NCBI GenBank assembly: GCA_045567855.1
Contig: JBJLCC010000038.1
Coordinates: forward strand, 108 to 64,107
Direction: 5' to 3'
From: Candidatus Poseidoniales archaeon
GTDB taxonomy: Archaea > Thermoplasmatota > Poseidoniia > MGIII > CG-Epi1
Length of the DNA stretch: 64,000 nt
A program made the translations under genes and the position numbers. The notes beneath the pieces were generated by a model, which had not been told where the DNA came from, did not search any database, and saw nothing but the letters and a program-made list of their open reading frames with translations. Shown piece by piece: positions 28,835 through 37,400 of this stretch. How positions within the stretch are numbered: position 1 is the stretch's first letter; the number at the start of each line of letters is the position of its first letter.

Positions 28835-30126
28835 AAGAAAGCACTCTTATTAAAAAAATAACTAATAGAAAAGCTATAGTTGGAATAATTGGAATGGGAT
28901 ATGTAGGAATTCCTTTGGGCATTGAATTTGCTGAAAATGGGTTTGCGGTGCTGGGCTTTGATACTGATGAAGAAAAGGTAAATGACATTAATTCGGGCAA
29001 ACAAATAATGAAACATATATCTGCAAAAAAGATGAAAGGTTTCATTGAAAATGGAAGTAAGGCAACCTTCGAATTTGATGAACTGAAAACTGTTGACTGT
29101 ATCTTAATGTGCGTTCCAACGCCTTTAGATATCTATGAACAACCTGACATGTCATACGTTGAAAAAGCAACTACTACTATTTCTCAAAACCTAAAAAAAG
29201 GCCAACTAGTAATTTTAGAATCTACCACTTATCCTGGAACAACAAAAGAAATTATTAAACCCATTTTAGAAACATCTGGTTTAGTTGCAGGCAAAGATTT
29301 CTTTTTAGCATATTCTCCTGAACGTGAAGATCCTGGAAATAAAGATTTTTCAGTTTCTAGAATTCCAAAAGTAATTGGAGGATTAACACCAAAATGTCTT
29401 AATGTGGCAAACGCCCTTTATTCTCAAATAATAGATAAAACCATTAGAGTTAGCTCGCCTGAAACTGCAGAAGCTACGAAATTGATGGAAAATATATTTC
29501 GTGCCGTGAACATAGCTATGGTAAACGAGCTAAAATTAATCTTTGAAAGAATGAATATTAATATCTGGGAAGTCATTGAAGCTGCAGATAGTAAACCATT
29601 TGGATTTATGCCATTTTATCCAGGACCGGGGATGGGAGGGCATTGTATCCCAATAGACCCTTTCTATCTTTCTTGGAAAGCAAAAGAATACAACACAGAG
29701 GCAAAATTTATAGAATTAGCTGGCGAAATAAATCGTAAAATGACGGAAAATGTAGCCCATAGAATTGGAAAAGCTTTGAACGACCATTCCAAAAGTATAC
29801 GGGATAGTAACATATTGGTCTTAGGGCTAGCTTACAAAAAAGATATCGACGATATGAGAGAATCACCTGCACTAAAAATAATCGAGTTACTGAAATTTAA
29901 AGGTGCAAATATATGCTACCATGATCCTTACATTAAAAATGCAAAGGAAATTGAATATGTTGATTTAAGTAAAGACAATTTAGCAAAAGTCGATGCAGTT
30001 TTAATCACCACTGATCACTCAAATGTAGATTATGAAAACGTAGGGAAATACGCCAAGCTAGTTATTGATACAAGAAATGTAATGGCTGGAGTAAAAAATC
30101 CAAAGGCTCATGTTTTAAGGGCATGA
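28831..30126 (+). CDS. nucleotide-sugar 6-dehydrogenase (UDP-ManNAc/UDP-GlcNAc dehydrogenase-like)
   Basis: 431 aa with Rossmann IVGIIGMGYVGIPLGIEFA, catalytic GGHCIPIDP and the C-terminal VLGLAYKKDIDDMRESPA. Confidence 0.88.
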   Translation: MKESTLIKKITNRKAIVGIIGMGYVGIPLGIEFAENGFAVLGFDTDEEKVNDINSGKQIMKHISAKKMKGFIENGSKATFEFDELKTVDCILMCVPTPLDIYEQPDMSYVEKATTTISQNLKKGQLVILESTTYPGTTKEIIKPILETSGLVAGKDFFLAYSPEREDPGNKDFSVSRIPKVIGGLTPKCLNVANALYSQIIDKTIRVSSPETAEATKLMENIFRAVNIAMVNELKLIFERMNINIWEVIEAADSKPFGFMPFYPGPGMGGHCIPIDPFYLSWKAKEYNTEAKFIELAGEINRKMTENVAHRIGKALNDHSKSIRDSNILVLGLAYKKDIDDMRESPALKIIELLKFKGANICYHDPYIKNAKEIEYVDLSKDNLAKVDAVLITTDHSNVDYENVGKYAKLVIDTRNVMAGVKNPKAHVLRA

Positions 30127-31049
30127 ATACACAGAAGCCAACTACTTTGCAATCGAGAATTGCTGAACGTTATGCCACAATAGTTGATAAAAAAGACGAA
30201 TTTTCTAGAAGCATAAATCAACCTCTGAAAAAATCATTTAGAATAAATTCTTTGAAAGGAGATAGTGAAAAAATATTAGAGAATCTAAGAAAATATGATG
30301 AGACTATCTCTGCAACAAACTGGTACCAAAATGGCTACACCACGAATTTAGAAAATATAGGAAGTAGCATAGAACATTTTACTGGCCAAATTTACATACA
30401 AGAGCTTACGTCAATGATGCCGGCCTTAGCGGTTCCAGACATTGATGAATCTAAAAGAATAATCGATTGTTGTGCAGCACCGGGGTCAAAAACTACTCAG
30501 ATTGCTGAGATTATGGAGAATAAAGGTGAAATTATAGCAAATGATAACAAGCATTCAAGATTGAAAGCGTTAAGAGGAAATTTAGATAGATTGGGAATAC
30601 TTAACACAACTGTAACTCTTAGAGATTTTAGATCATTTCCAAATACTGAAGCTGATATTTATCTCGTTGACGCACCATGTAGTTCAGAGGGAACCATAAG
30701 GAAAAAAAATTCTATAAAAAAAAATCTAAAAGAAAACGATTATGAACGATTTTCAAAAATTCAAAAAGGTATTCTAAATCGAACCTGTGAAATGGCAAAG
30801 GCAGGTGATCAAATCATCTACTCGACGTGTACTTTTGCACCAGAGGAAAATGAAAGTGTTGTTAATTCAATATTGCAAAATCATTCCGTGAAATTAAATA
30901 ATATCAATATAACAAATTTAACAATGGGAAAAGGTGTTCAAGCCTGGAAGCATGAAACCTATGACAAGGAAATTCAAAAATGCTGCCGAATATGGCCACA
31001 TCATAATGATACTGATGGTTTCTTCATAGCGAGGATTGAAAAATGTTGA
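30123..31049 (+). CDS. NOL1/NOP2/Sun-family RNA (cytosine-C5)-methyltransferase
   Basis: 308 aa with IIDCCAAPGSKTTQIAE (SAM motif I), VDAPCSSEGTIRK (motif IV PC) and YSTCTFAPEENE (motif VI TC). Confidence 0.88.
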   Translation: MNTQKPTTLQSRIAERYATIVDKKDEFSRSINQPLKKSFRINSLKGDSEKILENLRKYDETISATNWYQNGYTTNLENIGSSIEHFTGQIYIQELTSMMPALAVPDIDESKRIIDCCAAPGSKTTQIAEIMENKGEIIANDNKHSRLKALRGNLDRLGILNTTVTLRDFRSFPNTEADIYLVDAPCSSEGTIRKKNSIKKNLKENDYERFSKIQKGILNRTCEMAKAGDQIIYSTCTFAPEENESVVNSILQNHSVKLNNINITNLTMGKGVQAWKHETYDKEIQKCCRIWPHHNDTDGFFIARIEKC

Positions 31050-31498
31050 ATTTATTACATGAGGATAAAAAAGAAATATTAATCCAATATTGTCACGAAA
31101 GATTTGGAATTGGGAAGAAAATATTTAAGGAGTATCGCTTTTATGAAGGTAGTAAGAATAAAATATACTTAATTAAAAAATTACTTAAGTTAAGAATTAT
31201 TCCTGAAAGCTCAGGACTATGTATATTCAGATTTGATAAGACTCCAAAACCTACTACTAATTTTCTTCAACTATTTAGCTCAGACATAAGTAAAAGCATT
31301 TTAGACATAGATGAACTAAAATTAATAGACTATTGTAATGGAAATGATTTAGAAGTATCTCATAAGTTTACTAATGTAGACCCCGGATTTGTTGCAATTA
31401 GATACAATGGCAATATTATCGGTTGTGGACATTGGAATAAAATTATTGTAAGAAATCAACTACCTAAGTCAAGAAGATGTAAAATAAAATATTGGTAA
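31043..31498 (+). CDS. small PUA-like protein resembling the C-terminal domain of RsmF-type m5C methyltransferases
   Basis: 151 aa. GFVAIRYNGNIIGCGHWNKIIVRNQLPKSRR resembles the RsmF C-terminal / PUA-like motif (G..lG.gK.....lKN.lPk..R). It has a 7-nt overlap with the methyltransferase gene and is very AT-rich. Confidence 0.5.
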   Translation: MLNLLHEDKKEILIQYCHERFGIGKKIFKEYRFYEGSKNKIYLIKKLLKLRIIPESSGLCIFRFDKTPKPTTNFLQLFSSDISKSILDIDELKLIDYCNGNDLEVSHKFTNVDPGFVAIRYNGNIIGCGHWNKIIVRNQLPKSRRCKIKYW

Positions 31499-31538
31499 TC
31501 AGGCATCTAATTTAATTATTGGTCTTTATAGCACACTA

Positions 31539-33662
31539 ATGGGTCAAATGACCTTCAATTTTGAAACTGAGGAGAAAGTTCCTGAAAAAAAACAGGACGT
31601 CGAGATTAAAGAAGAGAAAAAAACTGAAAAGAAAAAAGAAGAAAAAAATACAACTTCTACGAAAAAAATAGAAAAGAAAGTTAAAAATAAAACTGCAAAA
31701 CCAAAAAAAACTAAAGCACATCAAATGGCTAAAGAACAAAGAGATATACCTGTCTCTGAATTTTTTGAACAAAATAGACATATTTTGGGATTTGATAATC
31801 CTACGCATTCTTTGATTACTGCAGTTAAAGAAGGTGTAGACAATAGTTTAGATGCCTGTGAACAAGCTGGAATTCTCCCTGATTTAATTATCAAAATTGG
31901 AAACCTGGGTAAAGATGAATTGAGTATTTCAATCGAGGATAATGGTCCCGGAATTATAGAAGAAAATGTGCCTAACGTTTTCGGAAGGCTTCTTTATGGT
32001 TCTAGATTTGGAAGTGGAAAACAGTCTAGGGGACAGCAAGGTATTGGAATTTCTGCTGCAATAATGTATGGTCAACTCACGACTGGGCGCTCTGCTGTTA
32101 TTTGTACTAGAATATCTAAAGATCATTTAGCTACTAAAATAACTATGAAATTAGATACTAGAAACAATCGTGGAAATGTTGAACGGAAAGAAGATTTTAT
32201 TTGGAAAGACGAGTTAGAAGAACCTAATGAGGACGGTATATCTCCTGAAAAAGAACACGGAACTAAAGTGTCCTTCTCAATCAAAGGTAGATACCGTGAA
32301 GCGAGACCTTCGGTTCTGGAATACATCAAATCAACTTCAATAGTAAACCCGCATGCTAGAATCGTCTTCATTAATCCGGATGAAAAAAAATTCACTTTTG
32401 ATCGCGCAATTTCAAAATTACCTAAGTTACCTACAGAAGGTGTAAAACCACATCCACATGGTGTTGAGCTCGGCCAGGTAATGAGAATGGCACAACACAG
32501 TTCTGAGCATCAGATGGCAAAGTTCCTTCGTAAAGATTTCTCATCTATGGGTACAAAAAGTATAAACGATGTTCTTAAAAAATCTAGAATTACAACCATT
32601 GTAAGACCTCAAGATCTGACTCGCATCGAGGCAAAAGCCCTGATAGAATCTTTTAAGAGTACAAGCATTAGAACCCCTACTAGTGGAATTTTGGTGCCTA
32701 TTGGGCCAAAGCTAATCAAAATGGGTTTAAAGCAAGTTTTGGAGGAATATAGGCCTGATTTCTACACCCTTCCCATTAGTAGAACTCCGTCTGTTTTCTC
32801 TGGAACTCCCTTTTTAGTTGAAGTAGGTATGGTTTACGGTGGAAATTTACCTAAAGATCAACCTGTACAAATGCTAAGATTTGCTAATAGAGTACCTCTC
32901 CTTTACCAAGCTGGAGGATGTGCCATAACTAAAGCTGTACAGAGCATAAATTGGAGACTCTACGGCCTTGACCAAAGGGGCGGAAAAGGTACCCCTAGTG
33001 GGCCTGCAATTATCTTAATTCATGTTGCGTCAACAAACATACCTTTTACCTCAGAAGCTAAGGAAGCTGTAGCAGACATAGCTGAAATTAAAAAGGAAAT
33101 TGTCCTAGGTCTAAGGAATAACGCAAAAACTCTCGCAAGACATTTGAAAAAACAAAAAAAGAGAGCTAAAGTCAGCGAAAAATTTGATTTAGTGCAGAAA
33201 GTATTACCTGCCATCGCTGAAAAAACATCTACAGTAGTTGGGAAACCGGTGCCAAACTTAGACAAGGTAGTAGCTGCAATAATGGACGTTGTATGGATTG
33301 AAGAAAATATTGAATACGATAAGGAAGGTATCAACATTGAAGTTCAGATAACAAACTATAGATTAAGATCTGCTAATTTCAAGCTCCGCGCAGAGGTCCC
33401 AGGACATCAAATTAATAATGCTAAACCTAGGCCTGGAAAACGCGTAGGAAATCAAGTGATATGGTCTGTTGGCTTACCCACCACAGAATCTACAAAATAT
33501 AAACTAACTATAGCTGGCGGTACACGCAGTAGTTTTGAGGGGCTTGAACTATGGATTGAAGGGATGGACTCTGCGAATATAATTGGAGCTGAAACATGGA
33601 CTGGAGTTTCGGATCCGGGAATCAATGAAGCTATTCAAGCTGAAAAACAAGGCCTTAGTTGA
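31539..33662 (+). CDS. top6B: DNA topoisomerase VI subunit B with a K/E-rich N-terminal extension
   Basis: 707 aa. It has the GHKL/Bergerat motifs VKEGVDNSLDACEQAG (N box), IEDNGPGI (G1) and SRGQQGIGISAA (G2). SEFFEQNRHILGFDNP is the usual Top6B N-terminal signature. The first 62 aa are K/E low complexity, and Met63 (31725) is a possible alternative start. Confidence 0.9.
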   Translation: MGQMTFNFETEEKVPEKKQDVEIKEEKKTEKKKEEKNTTSTKKIEKKVKNKTAKPKKTKAHQMAKEQRDIPVSEFFEQNRHILGFDNPTHSLITAVKEGVDNSLDACEQAGILPDLIIKIGNLGKDELSISIEDNGPGIIEENVPNVFGRLLYGSRFGSGKQSRGQQGIGISAAIMYGQLTTGRSAVICTRISKDHLATKITMKLDTRNNRGNVERKEDFIWKDELEEPNEDGISPEKEHGTKVSFSIKGRYREARPSVLEYIKSTSIVNPHARIVFINPDEKKFTFDRAISKLPKLPTEGVKPHPHGVELGQVMRMAQHSSEHQMAKFLRKDFSSMGTKSINDVLKKSRITTIVRPQDLTRIEAKALIESFKSTSIRTPTSGILVPIGPKLIKMGLKQVLEEYRPDFYTLPISRTPSVFSGTPFLVEVGMVYGGNLPKDQPVQMLRFANRVPLLYQAGGCAITKAVQSINWRLYGLDQRGGKGTPSGPAIILIHVASTNIPFTSEAKEAVADIAEIKKEIVLGLRNNAKTLARHLKKQKKRAKVSEKFDLVQKVLPAIAEKTSTVVGKPVPNLDKVVAAIMDVVWIEENIEYDKEGINIEVQITNYRLRSANFKLRAEVPGHQINNAKPRPGKRVGNQVIWSVGLPTTESTKYKLTIAGGTRSSFEGLELWIEGMDSANIIGAETWTGVSDPGINEAIQAEKQGLS

Positions 33663-34246
33663 TGAACCTACCGAATTACCTTAGGAAAAAAAAGGGTCTA
33701 TTGCAAATACGGAAATCTAATGGATGGGGTGTTTGGAACCCTTACCATTCAAAATTATCAGCCTATTTGATTGCAGGAGGGAAAAGTTGGCCATTCAAAA
33801 AAAATAGCAAAATTCTGTACCTGGGATCTGCAGAAGGCAATACCATTAGTTATCTAAGTGAGATATGTAAGACAAATAGTATTACTGCAGTTGAAATTTC
33901 GGCTGTAGCTATGGCTGAACTATTGGTTTTAGTCAAAAAAAAAGATAATATTATTCCATGCTTGTGTGATGCCCATTTCCCTGAAAAATATAGAGTTCAA
34001 GCAAATAATCCTGAAATAATATATCAAGATATTGCACAAAATGATCAAGTGGATATTTTTATTAGAAATTGTGAATATTACAAACCAAAACATGCCTTCT
34101 TAATGCTTAAAACTCAATCTATGACCAAACAATATAACGATATTTTTAAAAAGACCGAAAAAAGATTAAATAAAATATTTAAAAAAGTTGAAAGTATCAA
34201 TATAAATAAATGGGCTAAAGGACATTCCGCATATTATATGGAATAA
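33659..34246 (+). CDS. flpA: fibrillarin-like 2'-O-methyltransferase, short and divergent
   Basis: 195 aa. GVWNPYHSKLSAYLIAG...SKILYLGSAEGNTISYLSEI...ITAVEISAVAMAELLVLVKKKDNIIPCLCDAHFPEKY...IIYQDIAQNDQVDIFIRN aligns with archaeal fibrillarin (RIWNPNKSKLAAAI...ILYLGASAGTTPSHVADI...NIIPILGDA..P..Y...DVAQP.Q). It lacks about 50 N-terminal residues and overlaps the top6B stop by 4 nt. Confidence 0.75.
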   Translation: MMNLPNYLRKKKGLLQIRKSNGWGVWNPYHSKLSAYLIAGGKSWPFKKNSKILYLGSAEGNTISYLSEICKTNSITAVEISAVAMAELLVLVKKKDNIIPCLCDAHFPEKYRVQANNPEIIYQDIAQNDQVDIFIRNCEYYKPKHAFLMLKTQSMTKQYNDIFKKTEKRLNKIFKKVESININKWAKGHSAYYME

Positions 34247-34321
34247 TGGAGCCATCGGTGGGAATCGAACCCACGACCTGCGCATTACCAATGCACCGCT
34301 ATACCCCTTAGCCACGATGGC
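34247..34321 (-). tRNA. tRNA-Thr (anticodon GGU), CCA encoded
   Basis: Hand-folded from the minus strand: acceptor GCCATCG/CGATGGC, D stem GCTA/TAGC, anticodon stem GTGCA/TGCGC with loop TTGGTAA, T arm GTGGG-TTCGATT-CCCAC, discriminator T, then CCA. Total 75 nt. Confidence 0.93.
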
Positions 34322-34436
34322 TCGAATTTAGACTAAAGGATGTCCTAAAAAGAGTTTATCATATACTATTATTGAAAAACTACCCAAAGATTATTAGCCC
34401 CCATGCTAATGTCTTGCAAATATTGAAATAAAAAAC

Positions 34437-37400
34437 ATGGTAAAATACATTAAAGATAGAAAGAGCAAAGGCGAAATACTCAAGAGCTTTGAACCAATAG
34501 TAAGAAAATGGTTTAATGAAAGATTTAACGATTTAACACCACCTCAGGCGATGGCTGTTCCTCTAATCAAAAATAAGGAAAACGTCCTTGTTTCAAGTCC
34601 GACAGGATCGGGTAAAACTCTTACTGCCTTTCTAAGTATTCTGAATGATTTCTTTAAAATGTATAGAAAGGGTAATTTTGAAGAAGGCGTACATGCAATA
34701 TATATTTCTCCATTAAAAGCTCTTGCAAATGATATAGACCGGAATCTTAAACAACCTTTAGAAGAAATGATGTCATTGGCTGAAAAGCTGGAGATGGATG
34801 TCCCCGATATTAAAGTCGCCGTAAGATCTGGAGATACTTCTTTGAAAGAAAGAGCAAGAATGGTTAGAAAGCCTCCGCATATTCTTATAACAACACCTGA
34901 AAGTTTAGGTCTATTACTGTCCTCTAAAAAATTTCGTGACCATTTTAGGAGAACTCGGTATATCATTTTAGATGAAATACATGATTTAGCAAATAACAAA
35001 AGAGGTACTCATCTTTCCCTTTCAGTAGAAAGACTAGCTGAAATCATAGATGAAGAACCTGTTAGAATTGGACTTTCTGCAACGCAAGCACCTATCGAAG
35101 ATATTGCAGGATTTTTAGGAGGTTATGAAAAGAATAAACCAAGACCTGTTAATATTGTGGATGTAAAAGAAAGAAAACATTTAGATTTAAAAGTTTTATG
35201 TCCTGTTGATGATCTTACTTTACATTCGACAGAAATTATCAATAGTAAAATGTACGATATGTTAGTTGATTTGGTTAAAGATCACAGAACTACTCTGATT
35301 TTCACAAATACTAGAGCCGGAACTGAATCAATTGCTATGCAACTTAAGGAAAGAGGTATTGAGAAACTGGCTGCCCATCACGGGTCTCTTTCTAAAGAGA
35401 TGAGATTTGATGTTGAAGAGAAATTAAAAGCTGGGGAAATGGATGTAGTCATATCCTCAACTAGCTTAGAATTAGGCATAGATATTGGATATGTAGATTT
35501 GGTAGTCCAAATAGGTTCACCAAAGTCAATAGCCAAAGGATTGCAGCGAATTGGAAGAGCAGGTCATGCGCTAAGAGCTATTTCAAAAGGAAGATTAGTT
35601 GTTTCTGATTCAGATGACTTAATTGAATGTGCAGTCTTAGTTAAATCTGCATATGAAGGTGAAATAGATCGAGTTTCAATTCCTCAAAAAGCTACTGATG
35701 TCCTTGCCCAGTCAATTATTGGAATGTCACTAGACAAGCAATGGGATACTAATGAGATGTACAACTTAATTTCATCAGCTTATCCATATAGAGAACTATC
35801 AAAAAATGAATTTTTAGATATCCTTGATTTCCTCGGTGGAGATGCATTAGAGAAACACGGCGTTTATCCTAAGATATGGTATGACAAGAAGAAAAAAGAA
35901 ATTGGAATTAAAAGAGGATCAAGGCAAATATATAACATGAATATTGGAACCATACCTCAAGAAATAAATTATGCAGTTGTTTTAGAAGGAAGAGGCATAC
36001 AACTAGGGAACTTATCTGAAAAATTTGTTGAGAATCTATCAAAAAATGATATTTTTGTACTAGGCGGAAGAACTTACCAATACATAGAATCTGATAGATC
36101 AACAGTTGTTGTAAAAGATGGATTGGGTAGAAAGCCAACGGTACCATCCTGGTCTGGAGAAATGCTCCCTCGGTCTTTTGATTTGTCTGAATCTGTAGGT
36201 AAATTTAGACATGATATAGAACAAAAATTAGATAATAAAGATGACGACATTGAAGACTGGCTTAACGATGTTTACAAATTAGATAAGGGTGCTGCAAGAA
36301 CTGTTATTTCACATTTAGATGAACAACGTAAACTTTGTGGATTTATTCCTTCTGATAAAAATTTACTTGTTGAAGGTTACATAGACAATAGAGGTCGAAA
36401 TGGAGCAATATTTCATTTCCCATTTGGAAGAAGAGTAAACGATGCACTATCAAGAGCCTTTGCATTTGAACTAGGTAAAGAAATTGGGAGTAGTGTTAGA
36501 ATTTCACTAAGTGATGATGCATTCCTACTAACCTTTCCTACTAGACTAGCCATCGATGGGCTCGCTGAAAGGCTGATGCCGGAAAATTTAGAGCCTCTGC
36601 TAAGAAAAGCCATCAAGAATACGGAAATCTTTGCTCAAAGATTCAGGCACTGCGCTAATCGCTCCTTTATGGTTCTAAGAAACTACAAAGGTAGAGAAAT
36701 ATCTCTACCAAGGCAGCAGCTAAGAACCTCTCAAGTGCTTGAAGCTATAAATGAGATAGAGACTTTCCCAATGCTTGAAGAAGCATATCGTGAAGTTCTT
36801 TTTGATGCATTTGATTTAAAAAATGCACAACATGTTCTTGATGAAGTTAAGCATAAAAAACGAAAAATAAATTATAGAACTTACTCTCCAATCCCTTCTC
36901 CTTTAGCTCATGGACTAATTCTCTCAGGATTAAGTGATATTGTTTTGATGGAGGATAGATCTGCTCTATTACGAGAATTGCACTCACAAGTGCTCGGGAA
37001 AGTTTTAGAAGAAGACGGAGGTGATAAACCTCGATTTGAAAAAGAGCTAATTGACAGTTATTTTAATGAGAAAAAACCTATTATTAGTAATGAAGATAGT
37101 CTGCTGGAAGCTATAAAGCAGATTGGAGGATTATATCTGTTAGATGACAAGGAAAAATCCGTTTATAGGATGTCTGACCGAGCAGGATCTGAAATCCAGG
37201 ACTTAGCAAAAAACTTGATAGAAGAGGGTGCTGTAGAGTCTGTCTGGACTGGAAACAAAGAGACTTTGTATACATTATCGGAATTAGTTCCTTACTATAA
37301 AGCCGCGTACGGTAAAGATGAAAAATTATCCTCTGCTGCACAAAAAATACATGCGAAAATAGATAAAGATACAAAAATAACAAACAAGAAAGTAGCGAAC

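Noticed and set aside
28441-29016. 191-aa and 74-aa minus-strand ORFs spanning the ilvE / sugar-dehydrogenase junction
   Set aside because: They are antisense to two well-supported genes. Their translations are low-complexity (I/F/S/L-rich) with no recognisable motifs. The same reasoning applies to the other internal antisense ORFs in the track, for example 287..499, 16575..16994, 34544..34999, 37991..38347, 21491..21826 and 55927..56262.
31536-31808. 90-aa minus-strand ORF rich in Phe/Leu (FFFFLFSFFLFF...)
   Set aside because: It is the antisense shadow of the A/G-rich K/E-coding leader of top6B. It is low complexity with no independent support.
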